Positions 37,068-46,525 of a DNA stretch of 59,227 bases are shown piece by piece. The notes under the pieces were generated by a model, which worked only from the letters and a program-made list of their open reading frames with translations, was not told the DNA's origin and did not search any database. Location: positions 1 to 59,227 of the IMG/VR virus record IMGVR_UViG_3300031577_000001; one strand, written 5' to 3'. Both the position numbers and the translations under genes were made by a program. The DNA comes from a virus (lineage: Duplodnaviria; Caudoviricetes). Numbering within the stretch: position 1 is the stretch's first letter; every line of letters begins with the position of its first letter.

Positions 37068-37985
37068 TTATTTATTTATTACCCAATTTATAGTATTAGC
37101 AATACCTAACGCACTCGAAAAGGGGTTTTTATCTAACAGACGTTGATTATTGCTATTTATTGAAAAGTTACTGTCAACACACAATTTTTTTATACTATTC
37201 GCATTTGGCGATTTAAGTCCAATTGAATTACACAAAGAAATAATACTTGCAATTGAATTAATGAATAATAATGGTATTGGGATCAGTTTACAGTCTTGTA
37301 TATCTCTTTTAATCAATAAACAAATATCTTTAAAATTTAAACTTTTATTATCTTTAGCAATAAGTATTTGATTATTAAATTGTTGAAATTTTATTATTTC
37401 GCTGATTATAAAGCTAAGATTGCGGACATATAAAATATCTTTTTTAGTTTTCCCATTGTTAACAAGTGGGAAAAAGCCTTTTCGCATTTGGCTAATCATC
37501 TTATAGAAGTTGCCCTTAATATCGTTTTCTCCATATACAACAACAGGGCGAATTATAGTATAAGGAATATTGTGTTGTGAACAAAAACGAACGATATGAT
37601 TCTCGGCCTCTTTTTTGGAAGATGCGTAATAATCATTTTCGTCATTATTAGTTACTGCAACCGTACTCAAATATATAAAACGTTTTGCATTTAATTTCAG
37701 TGCTGTATTTAAAATGTTATCCGTTGCCTGTACGTTGTTACGATAAAATAATGGCTTTGTTTCATCATTTTGTACAATATGAGCCTGACCTGCCGCATGA
37801 ATAACAACATCAATATTACTACAAGGGATTTTTATTTCATCTAATAAATCATTTTCAACATAATTAACATCGTTAATCTTATTTGAAAAGTGCCTGCTTA
37901 AAGCATAAATCGTATTGCCATTTACTAACTGCCGAACTATATCTTGACCAATAAACCCACTTGCACCTGTTACTAATATATCCAC
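37068..37985 (-). CDS. NAD-dependent epimerase/dehydratase (moron)
   Basis: TGASGFIG, YASSK, RP.VVYG; AT-rich; opposite strand. Confidence 0.9.
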   Translation of the reverse strand: MDILVTGASGFIGQDIVRQLVNGNTIYALSRHFSNKINDVNYVENDLLDEIKIPCSNIDVVIHAAGQAHIVQNDETKPLFYRNNVQATDNILNTALKLNAKRFIYLSTVAVTNNDENDYYASSKKEAENHIVRFCSQHNIPYTIIRPVVVYGENDIKGNFYKMISQMRKGFFPLVNNGKTKKDILYVRNLSFIISEIIKFQQFNNQILIAKDNKSLNFKDICLLIKRDIQDCKLIPIPLLFINSIASIISLCNSIGLKSPNANSIKKLCVDSNFSINSNNQRLLDKNPFSSALGIANTINWVINK

Positions 37986-38136
37986 GGGAACACCCCTTCC
38001 ATGGATATATTTTACAACTAAAAGTAATTTTATTCCATAATAAAAGAATATAAGGAGGCGTTCATAAAACTATTTTTTTGTAAAAACTCTTGGTAGTTAA
38101 GGCCATAGGGCCTATTTTTTATGGGGAGGGGTTATA

Positions 38137-38448
38137 TTGAAGTTTAAAACAAAAGTACATCATGCTAATGACTGGGTGGCAATTCATATTACTAAAGTAT
38201 TTGGTACAATGTGGGCTTTTTATGTGGCGCTAATTTACGGGTTATCGCCTATTTTATTTCCTTCCTGTATAGAAAAAATCTTATATTGGAGCAATTTTAT
38301 CCAGCTAATTGCTTTACCCGTTTTAGCCGTAGGGACCAATATATTAGGTAAATCCTCAGAACGTAGAGCCAAACAAACACACGATGCAGTAATGGAGGAA
38401 TTGAAGATATTAAAAGGGCTGATGTCTGAAAAGCAGAGGGAGCGATAA
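38137..38448 (+). CDS. Membrane protein (DUF1003-like), candidate holin
   Basis: Two hydrophobic segments; FG.MW.FY, QLIALP.L.VG. Confidence 0.65.
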   Translation: MKFKTKVHHANDWVAIHITKVFGTMWAFYVALIYGLSPILFPSCIEKILYWSNFIQLIALPVLAVGTNILGKSSERRAKQTHDAVMEELKILKGLMSEKQRER

Positions 38449-38449
38449 T

Positions 38450-38824
38450 GTGGGAGATCTAATAATTGATAGCGGCACCCTTAAATCCCTAATTTGTGGG
38501 GCGGTATCCGAGGCAATGCAGCCTTATTCGGAAGAACTGGCAAAGCAAAACGATAGAATACTTGTTCTTGAAACCATCAATCAACGTGACAAAGGGCTTT
38601 GCCCACAAAACTGTCCATGCCAAGTAAAATTAAGCGAACACGCTACCCAAATAACTCAAACTACTGCGAGCGTTAAGTCTGCTCACCATCGGATTGATGG
38701 AGTATTTAAAACAGCAGCGCTGGTGGGTGGAACTATTAGCGGAGTAGTCACTCTTTTGTTGCTGACTCTCCAAACCTTCCTGCAATGGCATAATATTGGA
38801 ACTAAGGTGTTAGGAGGTGGCTAA
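38450..38824 (+). CDS. Coiled-coil plus C-terminal TM protein (XhlA/holin-like)
   Basis: SVKSAHHRID followed by a TM segment. Confidence 0.7.
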   Translation: MGDLIIDSGTLKSLICGAVSEAMQPYSEELAKQNDRILVLETINQRDKGLCPQNCPCQVKLSEHATQITQTTASVKSAHHRIDGVFKTAALVGGTISGVVTLLLLTLQTFLQWHNIGTKVLGGG

Positions 38825-39305
38825 TTTGGATATTACCGAACACGTACAAAAGCACACGTTGACCGAAATACTTATTACTCCGTCCCACGGCGAACGCGAT
38901 ACAGCAGCATTCAGGCGCAGCGTTAAGCGGCTTAAAGATGATCGTAATTACAAATGTTTCGTGTCTGGCCGCACAGATAATATCCAAGTACATCATATAG
39001 CAGAGTTTAGCCTTGAGAATATTGTCGATTTTGACAAGCTCAAGGCTTTCTTATTGCTGTTTGATCCGCTTGGCTACAGCGCAAAGATGAAAGATGAACC
39101 GCTAACATCAATTGACGATCCACGCAACCTATTACCGCTTAATGAAGAATACCACGACAATATTAATGATAAGGTGGGCAATGGGATCGGAGTGCATAAT
39201 ATCACCTTCCCTGCGTGGGTGGCTCAAGTTGTTTGTAAAGCGGGTGAAAATCCGGTGCCGCAGGAAAATGAATCAATCGAAGAAACTAAGGAAAGGATTG
39301 GTTAA
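38817..39305 (+). CDS. Hypothetical protein with HNH-like residues
   Basis: CFVSG, QVHH, D..RNL..L...H......GVH. Confidence 0.6.
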   Translation: MANLDITEHVQKHTLTEILITPSHGERDTAAFRRSVKRLKDDRNYKCFVSGRTDNIQVHHIAEFSLENIVDFDKLKAFLLLFDPLGYSAKMKDEPLTSIDDPRNLLPLNEEYHDNINDKVGNGIGVHNITFPAWVAQVVCKAGENPVPQENESIEETKERIG

Positions 39306-39306
39306 C

Positions 39307-39867
39307 ATGAAAAATGTAACACTCGCCGATATACGAACATTGGCACAAGCAGCAGCGGGGAATATATCTCATGTTTATATCCACTGGACCGCCGGGCATT
39401 ATGGTCAGCATTTTCCTGATTATCACATCCTAGTTGATAAGGATGGTACGCTGATCGCCACGGTGGACGATTTAACAACTCACCTAAATCATACTTATAT
39501 GCGTAATACAGGGGCAATTGCTATCGGCGCGTTATGTGCTTACGAGGCCCATTCGACAGATAATCTTGGCCCGGAGCCACCAACTGACGAACAAATCGAA
39601 GCAATAGCCCAGGTAATGGCGGTACTCAGTAAAGAACTAGAATTGCCTATTGATATTCAGCACTTTATGACACATGCTGAAGCTGCCGATAACATGGACG
39701 GCCTAAATCCAGGGTATGAAGCCAACGGGTATCCCGATGGTAAATATGGCCCGGCCAACTCAGTTGAACGCTGGGATATGTGGGTTGTTAAAGCTGGCGA
39801 TAAGCCCGGTTCCGGTGGTGATATCCTGAGAGGCAAGTCCATATGGTATCAGCAAAACGGTTGTTAA
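39307..39867 (+). CDS. N-acetylmuramoyl-L-alanine amidase endolysin (Amidase_2)
   Basis: IHWTAG, YH..V..DG, HT..RN, THAE. Confidence 0.9.
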   Translation: MKNVTLADIRTLAQAAAGNISHVYIHWTAGHYGQHFPDYHILVDKDGTLIATVDDLTTHLNHTYMRNTGAIAIGALCAYEAHSTDNLGPEPPTDEQIEAIAQVMAVLSKELELPIDIQHFMTHAEAADNMDGLNPGYEANGYPDGKYGPANSVERWDMWVVKAGDKPGSGGDILRGKSIWYQQNGC

Positions 39868-39944
39868 AACCCATTTTAATAAGCCTGGTAAATTGCCGCT
39901 TTTATTAAGACAGACGGCTTTTAATTTTATTAAGGAGTGATTTT

Positions 39945-40694
39945 ATGAGTAAACACGTTTATAAACTCAAAAAGGACCCTATTGACCTGCGCGATCATGT
40001 ATTTTGTTCAACCTGTTACAAGAAAGCAGAACAGTTGCCAGCCAGTGTAGATTTGCGGAAAAAGTGCAGTCCAGTCGTCAACCAAGGGGAGCTAGGCTCC
40101 TGCACTGCCAACGCAATTGTAAGCGGCCTCCGAGAGTATCTGCTCATTAACAAGGAAATCAAGTGGCTACAGTTATCCCGACTATTTCTGTATTACCAGG
40201 AACGGTTGCTTGAGGATTCCGTCAGCGAAGACAGCGGCGCGATGATCCGGGATGGAATGAAGGTGCTGAACCAAATAGGCGTGTGCCCAGAAGCTGATTG
40301 GCCATACGATATTTCAACCTTCACCAATCCACCGACTGACAAAATGGTTGCTGATGCTACGCCGTACAATGTACAAGAGTACCATCGTATAACGGATTTA
40401 GCACAACTAAAAGCGGCTTTGGCAGAGGGATTGCCTGTGGTTATCGGTATTGACATATACGAGTCTTTCGAAAGTGACGACGTAGATAATACCGGAATAG
40501 TGCCAATGCCAGACACTTCAAAAGAAGAATGCCTTGGAGGGCATGCGGTTTTGGTTTGTGGTTACGATGATGATAAAAAACAGCTTATAGTAAGGAACAG
40601 CTGGGGCATAACCTGGGGAGATTTGGGTTATTTTTACCTGTCATATGACTACTACGATAAGTATTCTAGTGATTGCTGGACAAGCAGGGGGTAG
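39945..40694 (+). CDS. Papain-like C1 cysteine peptidase
   Basis: QG.LGSCTANA, GGHAV, RNSWG..WG..GYF. Confidence 0.92.
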   Translation: MSKHVYKLKKDPIDLRDHVFCSTCYKKAEQLPASVDLRKKCSPVVNQGELGSCTANAIVSGLREYLLINKEIKWLQLSRLFLYYQERLLEDSVSEDSGAMIRDGMKVLNQIGVCPEADWPYDISTFTNPPTDKMVADATPYNVQEYHRITDLAQLKAALAEGLPVVIGIDIYESFESDDVDNTGIVPMPDTSKEECLGGHAVLVCGYDDDKKQLIVRNSWGITWGDLGYFYLSYDYYDKYSSDCWTSRG

Positions 40695-40696
40695 CC

Positions 40697-41491
40697 ATGG
40701 ATATAGAAGAAATCGAAAAACAGGTATTGCCTTACCTCATAAAACTCGCTGAGTCGCCACCAGTGCAGGCCGAACTACAGGCCGCAAGGGTGGCGATTAT
40801 TAATGTGATCGAAGCGGAGGCGGCTAAGGCCGTCCCGTTTGGTTTACGGACCATCGCCCGTTTATTGCGGTGGGTAATAAAAAATATAAAAGGATGTGTT
40901 TTTAACATGGAAAAGAAATTTAATTTACAGAGGTTTGCCGATACTGAAACTGCTTCAACCGGAGCTGCCACTATCACCGTCCAGAACAGTGCCGAAACAG
41001 TATTATCCGGGGCTACTGTCAGCGTAACAATTAGCGATGTTACCTCTACGGCGACTACTGGAACCGATGGAACTGCAACTTTTAGCGACTTGGCAGCTGG
41101 TTCACAAACCTTTACCGCAACTCTTGATGGCTATACCTCCAATACTGCGAACGTTACCGTAGAGGCTGGTGATACTGTAACCGGAACTATCACTATGGTC
41201 GCAACAACTGCCAGCGCAGTAACTTCCGTTATTACCGCTGTACTGAGCGAATTGTCCGACCTGATTAGCAATGCTTCAACGGAGGCGGTAGCAACTGTTA
41301 TTACCGAGCTAGAAACCGAAATCGACACAACGTCTAGCCTATGGGTAAAGATTCGGGATAACATGGAAAAAGCTGTGCTCACATCAATTAAGAGCATCGT
41401 TATTTCAACTTTGGTTAGTGCATTGACTGATAAAATCGAATCGTACTTAAATAAAGTTTTGACAAACGAAGCAAACGCAGCTAAGAAGTAA
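40697..41491 (+). CDS. Protein with Ig-like/carboxypeptidase-regulatory-like domain; internal in-frame start at 40907
   Basis: LSGATV...TG.DG.ATF..L.AG......GY; second RBS AAAGGA before MEKKFNLQRFA. Confidence 0.75.
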   Translation: MDIEEIEKQVLPYLIKLAESPPVQAELQAARVAIINVIEAEAAKAVPFGLRTIARLLRWVIKNIKGCVFNMEKKFNLQRFADTETASTGAATITVQNSAETVLSGATVSVTISDVTSTATTGTDGTATFSDLAAGSQTFTATLDGYTSNTANVTVEAGDTVTGTITMVATTASAVTSVITAVLSELSDLISNASTEAVATVITELETEIDTTSSLWVKIRDNMEKAVLTSIKSIVISTLVSALTDKIESYLNKVLTNEANAAKK

Positions 41492-41498
41492 TATTAAA

Positions 41499-41533
41499 AG
41501 GCCCGGTCTTAATTGATCGGGCCTAATTTTTTT
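41499..41533 (+). terminator. Rho-independent terminator
   Basis: aggcccggtc...gatcgggcct followed by T-tract. Confidence 0.7.
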
Positions 41534-41550
41534 ATGTGGGAGGGTTGAAC

Positions 41551-42006
41551 ATGGCAAAAGTAAATGTGCTATTTAGTTATCCGTGTACGCCATTTGGTGA
41601 ATTAGTAGAAGCGGTAGAAGGCAAGGGAGAGCCAAGCCACGCCGCTATATTTATGCTGGGTGGAATATTGGAAGCGCTTGATAATGGTTTTGTGAAGTCG
41701 CCGCTAACCGCCTATGACGGATTCAAGACGACGGTATTATCCGTTGATGTGCCGAATATTGAAGCGGCTGAAGCAGAGGCCAAAAAGCTGTTAGGTACGC
41801 CTTACGGTTATCGCGCCTGTGTCGATGGTGGTCTGCATGACTTGTTAGGTGTTACTGTGCCGGGTGATGGAGAGAAAACCGTAGATTGTTCAGAAGCGGT
41901 AACCAGGATTCTACAAGCGGGTGGGCTTGATATATTTCCGGATTTTTCGGCGGATAATGTTACTCCGGCTGATTTGTTGCGAAAGTTGCAGGGGGGTAAA
42001 GTGTAA
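41551..42006 (+). CDS. Permuted papain-like (YiiX/YaeF, NlpC/P60) amidase
   Basis: SHAAI..., G.PY, DCSEAV: His precedes Cys. Confidence 0.75.
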   Translation: MAKVNVLFSYPCTPFGELVEAVEGKGEPSHAAIFMLGGILEALDNGFVKSPLTAYDGFKTTVLSVDVPNIEAAEAEAKKLLGTPYGYRACVDGGLHDLLGVTVPGDGEKTVDCSEAVTRILQAGGLDIFPDFSADNVTPADLLRKLQGGKV

Positions 42007-42007
42007 A

Positions 42008-42032
42008 AACTCACGGCATTTGCCGTGAGTTT
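42008..42032. terminator. Bidirectional terminator
   Basis: aactcacggca-tt-tgccgtgagtt. Confidence 0.7.
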
Positions 42033-42053
42033 GCAACATAGGTCGCTCATTTA

Positions 42054-43160
42054 TTACTCTACTTTATTCGCTAATACAGAATTACGTATTTTAGTAATCA
42101 AAGGCAATCTTAGTTTTTGTACTGACTTCACTATTTCTTTTAAAATAAGTGATACAAGTATAACTAATAAAATATATACAAAAATATTATTTCCGTTGAA
42201 AGTTTTAAAGTAGACACTTAAAACTTTCATATGGACTAAATACATTTCATATGATAGGCTCCCAACTAAACCAATTGCTATGGAATTGAATTGTATTTTT
42301 ATCAACAGACTTATTATAAAGAACACAAAAAATATAGATGCGATAGTGCTACTACCCGTGAAATAGTATTTATGACCAAAACTTGTATTATTAATAAGAT
42401 ATAAAACAAGAAATGGAATCCATATTCCGATAATTGCTAACCAATAATGTTTTACAATCTTATTAATTGATCTTTCAAATGTGCAATAATTACGTCCTAT
42501 ATAAACTCCGATTGGGAAACAAAAAATAGCATTATGCCAATAACTATCAAGGTGTAATCCAGTGCAGGTTGCGCAATATATTAATGTATATCCAAACAGT
42601 ACTACAATTGCATGTTTTCCAGAAAGATATCGGAAAGATAAAAAAAACGCTATATATAATAAAACGGTAGCATTAATATACCACATTGCACTGTCGATCA
42701 TCTTAATCCCAATAGCATATAAAATTATATCTGTATAGCTATAGACTTTGTTAAAGAATAAATATTCTATACCCAAAACGATTAAATTTAAAGTTATGTA
42801 AGGAATTAAAACTCTGCTGATTCTTTTTGAAAAAAAGTCTTTGAAATAGTCACTCTTTCGCAAACTGGAAAAAATTAATCCATAACCTGATAAAAAGAAA
42901 AAAATACTAACCCCTAAATAACCAAAGTTCTGAAACGGTGACAGTAGCCCAGGTAAAGGCATCGCTTTACTTACATGATGAAAAATTATGACTAAAATAC
43001 ATAATCCTTTTAATATATCAGTATTTTTTTTTGATAAAAAAGCATCATTATAGGTATGTATTTTTACTTTATATAACAGTAAAATGGGGATTATTAAATA
43101 AACTAATAAGTAAATAGGATAATTATTATCAAAGATTATTTTTGTTACACCAGCCAGCAT
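42054..43160 (-). CDS. Acyltransferase family 3 (O-acetyltransferase moron)
   Basis: LKG..I..II..H, GV.IFFFLSGYG, R..R, W, SYE.YL.H; polytopic; AT-rich. Confidence 0.9.
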   Translation of the reverse strand: MLAGVTKIIFDNNYPIYLLVYLIIPILLLYKVKIHTYNDAFLSKKNTDILKGLCILVIIFHHVSKAMPLPGLLSPFQNFGYLGVSIFFFLSGYGLIFSSLRKSDYFKDFFSKRISRVLIPYITLNLIVLGIEYLFFNKVYSYTDIILYAIGIKMIDSAMWYINATVLLYIAFFLSFRYLSGKHAIVVLFGYTLIYCATCTGLHLDSYWHNAIFCFPIGVYIGRNYCTFERSINKIVKHYWLAIIGIWIPFLVLYLINNTSFGHKYYFTGSSTIASIFFVFFIISLLIKIQFNSIAIGLVGSLSYEMYLVHMKVLSVYFKTFNGNNIFVYILLVILVSLILKEIVKSVQKLRLPLITKIRNSVLANKVE

Positions 43161-43248
43161 GATTTTCCCTTTCTATCCTTAGATTTGTTTAGTATTAATT
43201 CCCTATAATGTAATAAAATACCTCTTTGAATGAAAAATATACTTTTGA

Positions 43249-43355
43249 GATGCGCCGGGCTGTTTCTTTAAAGGCTGGTGGACTGGGGATACGGTACACT
43301 TGCAAGATAATGGGTAAACAGATTTATTTGTTTGATGATGAGGGCCGCTGGTTTA
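43249..43355 (+). pseudogene. C-terminal fragment of a conserved small Firmicute protein (RA.SLKAGG.G.RY.C...LF.....WF)
   Basis: Motif recognisable, but the usual N-terminal half appears absent. Confidence 0.45.
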
Positions 43356-43375
43356 TCGGTGTCATAACGGAGCCT

Positions 43376-43603
43376 TCATCTATGACTGTAATTTTTGCGG
43401 ATAAAAGTGCTTTTACATTCATTAGCAAAATTAATCTGATTGGTCAAAGCTTCTATAACATCACTTAGTTGTCCAGAGGATAAAGTTGTTAAATTTATAG
43501 CTTTGCCATTACCATTTATGATGTTATTAATTTGATAACTAAAATACCCCAAAGATAGTAACTGCTTTTTTAAATCTTCGATATGAGATATACTTTTATC
43601 CAA
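43376..43603 (-). CDS. Small helical hypothetical protein
   Basis: GGAGTG RBS before TTG; L..LGY..YQI..II pattern. Confidence 0.55.
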   Translation of the reverse strand: MDKSISHIEDLKKQLLSLGYFSYQINNIINGNGKAINLTTLSSGQLSDVIEALTNQINFANECKSTFIRKNYSHR

Positions 43604-43843
43604 AAAAATCACTCCACGTATAAAATACTTAAATGTATATATTTGGATAATTAACATTAAATCCCTTTTTTGATGTTTGTTTTTTTATATACTGGGGCAG
43701 GAGAATTTTTATAGAAGCCGCAGCAATACACGGAGTTAATGAATAGTGTTGTGAGTGCGAGATTTAGCCGCTACGGCATTTTTATTGTCTGGGTAGTACG
43801 AATCTTCATGTGAGTATAAATTATCGGTTTAAGGGCAAAATAT

Positions 43844-44179
43844 TTAGTTCGTTTTTTCGACTAATTTTCTTCTTCCGGCTAAAGGTCTAAGCATGTCCCG
43901 AACAATTTCTATAGTTAGCCCAGCAGCTTCAATTTCAGGGATCATTGCATGAATTATAGTTTCATTATCGATAATTTCATTAGGCTCTTCATGAAAATAC
44001 CATTGAGGCAGCTGGGCTAGTTTTATTAGGGCTATTTCCTTTTGTTTTCCATATTGTCTCGTTCCTGACTCAACTCTTGATACTGACTCTTGAGCCATTC
44101 CTATTTTTTTAGCAAGTTCTTTTTGGGTTATACCTAGTATTTTTCTAGCTTCTTTTGCTTTTTCTGCGTAAGTTTTCAT
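43844..44179 (-). CDS. XRE-family HTH regulator
   Basis: ARKILGITQKELAKKIGMAQESVSRVESG; GGAG RBS before ATG 44179. Confidence 0.85.
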   Translation of the reverse strand: MKTYAEKAKEARKILGITQKELAKKIGMAQESVSRVESGTRQYGKQKEIALIKLAQLPQWYFHEEPNEIIDNETIIHAMIPEIEAAGLTIEIVRDMLRPLAGRRKLVEKTN

Positions 44180-44210
44180 TTGGTTTTTCGCTCCATATAT
44201 TATTTTACTG

Positions 44211-44513
44211 AGTATCGTTTTTGCAATAATAACCTGATTCACAGTCAAAATACGAGTACCGTTTTTGCAATAGTTGGACCGTTTTCGACCTATATTCTGC
44301 TGTAGAGGCTTACCAACCTGGTAATGTCCTGGTTTTATTGGCATAGGTACGTGACCGTTTTAGCATAAAACCAGTATCGTTTTTGCAATAGTTAATAGAG
44401 AATAAAGAAGCTTACAGTATGATTTCCCTATCAACTATAAGCTTCTTTACTCTCTATTTATTTAGTATCGTTTCTGCAATATTAAAATGCCGCTTGAGTA
44501 TCGTTTTTGCAAT
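44211..44513 (+). repeat. Five 17-bp iterons downstream of rep (incA-like copy control)
   Basis: AGTATCGTTTTTGCAAT at 44211, 44255, 44373, 44464, 44497. Confidence 0.9.
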
Positions 44514-44520
44514 AATAACA

Positions 44521-45696
44521 TTAGACTTTTATTCTCTTCTGCAACTCTTGCGATAACCCAAGAACGTTTAAAAATTCTTCGCTCTGTAACTTAATATCGG
44601 ATTCTTCTTGTTCAGCCACTTGCTTGTCCCGTTCTTTACTAATTTTTTCTGCTTTTTCCTTCCGGCCCTTGCGTACCTCGGAGGAAGTTTTCCAACCGTC
44701 TTCTATCGCTGATCGGAGCCAACCGCCCTCATTGTCCAGCGGTGGTCTATTATTTCTAGCGCGGTTTGCAACTTCAGCTTTCATCGCTTGCAAATGCTTT
44801 AAACAATACGCTTCGCCATATTTTTTTATAAACTGATTGGCTGTCTTTTTGTCTAAATAAATTTCCAATTCATTATTGCTTGTAGCGGCTATTTCTTTAA
44901 GTCCCTGGTCTATTTCAGCTTGTTGATCACTGAATAAATCAAGTTCGCCCGCTACCGTTTTAATATTAAAAGTAACACCGATTACTTTCTTACCCTCTTT
45001 GTTGGGTTTAAAACTAACCATAATGTCATTATCTTTTTCGTTAATTTCTGTGATCGCTGGCTTTAAAACTCTTAGATTAAACTGCCCATATTCGTGGTAT
45101 TCATCCTCTTGCATGCCAAGCAACTTTTTCAAGTGGCTCAATGAATAAATAACCTTACCCTGCTTTCGCCATGACCGCAATATTTCATACAGTATTGGAG
45201 TATACTTGCCTTTCAATCTTGCCGCCGTTTTTAAGTAATACCACGTATAATTCCCATTGGTTAAATAGTCTAAAATGTCTTCGGTGAATTTAAAAGTAAT
45301 TTGGCCTTTACGCTTTATATAGCTGATTTTTTGAAACCAATTAACATCATCGTCAACTTCGTATAATTCACCTGTTTTAAGGTCTTTTTCTACCTTCTTA
45401 ACCTGTATACCCTTGCCTCTAACTGTAGATAGTTCCTCTTTTATGTCATTGTATATAGATTTTCTATCAATACCGCATAACTCAATAAACTCTTGAACAG
45501 ATACTGAATAAGCGGTTTGTTTAGTTTCAGCCTTTTCATTCTTTAGAATCAATGAAATAGCCGCCATAATTATTTTTTGCTGAATATTTGTAAGAGGGTC
45601 CCTGCCTAATACCGGATACTCTACTCTAACAATGGTGTTAGACTTTTTTATAATAGCATTGTCGTTTAGCTTTTTTTGTATGTATTCGCTCGGCAT
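44521..45696 (-). CDS. Plasmid replication initiator (Rep_3/RepB family)
   Basis: KSN.IV, L..KY...LYE.L, Y..F..RVLKPA..EIN, GKKV....F; flanked by iterons. Confidence 0.92.
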   Translation of the reverse strand: MPSEYIQKKLNDNAIIKKSNTIVRVEYPVLGRDPLTNIQQKIIMAAISLILKNEKAETKQTAYSVSVQEFIELCGIDRKSIYNDIKEELSTVRGKGIQVKKVEKDLKTGELYEVDDDVNWFQKISYIKRKGQITFKFTEDILDYLTNGNYTWYYLKTAARLKGKYTPILYEILRSWRKQGKVIYSLSHLKKLLGMQEDEYHEYGQFNLRVLKPAITEINEKDNDIMVSFKPNKEGKKVIGVTFNIKTVAGELDLFSDQQAEIDQGLKEIAATSNNELEIYLDKKTANQFIKKYGEAYCLKHLQAMKAEVANRARNNRPPLDNEGGWLRSAIEDGWKTSSEVRKGRKEKAEKISKERDKQVAEQEESDIKLQSEEFLNVLGLSQELQKRIKV

Positions 45697-45738
45697 ATTA
45701 TGCACCTCTAGCAAGATATTACCAAAGCAGATTAATTA

Positions 45739-46003
45739 TTGCAAGTTTGTATTTTTTGCAACATATTTTTCGAGTATCGTTTTTGCAATTTTAACTTTAC
45801 TGAGTATCGTTTTTGCAATAATACAGTATCGTTTTTGCAATTTTATTTTAGCTCTGAGTATCGTTTCTGCAATAGTTGAGTATCGTTTTTGCAATAGTTA
45901 GCATCTCGTAAAGCATTGATATTACTGGCTTCGTGGCATGTCCTAAAAATATGTTTTAAAAATACTGTTTTAAAAATAACAACAAAAAGCAGCTGTTGTT
46001 GTT
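45739..46003 (+). repeat. Plasmid origin: five phased iterons plus AT-rich repeats
   Basis: Iterons at 45773, 45803, 45825, 45857, 45879 (spacing 30/22/32/22); taaaaata/tgtttt repeats 45944-46003. Confidence 0.88.
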
Positions 46004-46525
46004 TTATTTTTTATATTTTTTAATAACCCAATTGATTCCTTCTTCTACTAAGTCAGAAGTCGTACGGTCATAGAAAGCACCTAATACTTTTAGCTGTTTA
46101 ATAGATTCTGGTGGAACATATACAGTTAGTTGCACATTATTTTTGGAATTTGGCGTTTTTCTAGTGTTGCGTTTCTTTTCGGATTTAGGTTTCGGCGGTT
46201 CAGCGGCTAACAGTTCCTGTATACGTGCACCAATGCTTTTAGCCTCTTGCGAGTTTGTGTCTTCAATAATTTGAGTGCTTACAGGCGTATCAATAACAAC
46301 ACTTGTAGTTTTTTGATCTTGTGACTCTATATACTTATCAACAACTGCGTTATTGTCTTTAGTGGCTTGCTCACTTGCGGTCATACTAATTTGTTCGTTC
46401 ATGTTTTTATCGTTTTGTGTGTTTATGTGTTTATGTGTTTGCACATTATTGTCATTGTCGTTAATAAATCCAAGGGCTGGCGACTTTACGCTATCAAATA
46501 CACTAAGCTTTTTTGCCACGTTCAA
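46004..46525 (-). CDS. Type Ib centromere-binding protein (C-terminal RHH)
   Basis: VQLTVYV.......LK........SDLVEEGI; coupled to parA. Confidence 0.75.
   Translation of the reverse strand: MNVAKKLSVFDSVKSPALGFINDNDNNVQTHKHINTQNDKNMNEQISMTASEQATKDNNAVVDKYIESQDQKTTSVVIDTPVSTQIIEDTNSQEAKSIGARIQELLAAEPPKPKSEKKRNTRKTPNSKNNVQLTVYVPPESIKQLKVLGAFYDRTTSDLVEEGINWVIKKYKK

Noticed and set aside
15639-41397. Numerous minus-strand ORFs overlapping structural genes
   Set aside because: Shadow ORFs of Ala/Thr/Val-rich sense genes with no RBS or motifs
44211-45895. Iteron clusters as a CRISPR-like array
   Set aside because: 17-bp repeats with irregular short spacing flank a Rep_3 gene; no cas genes
45632-45901. 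89-aa plus-strand ORF
   Set aside because: Translation of the iteron array antisense to the rep promoter
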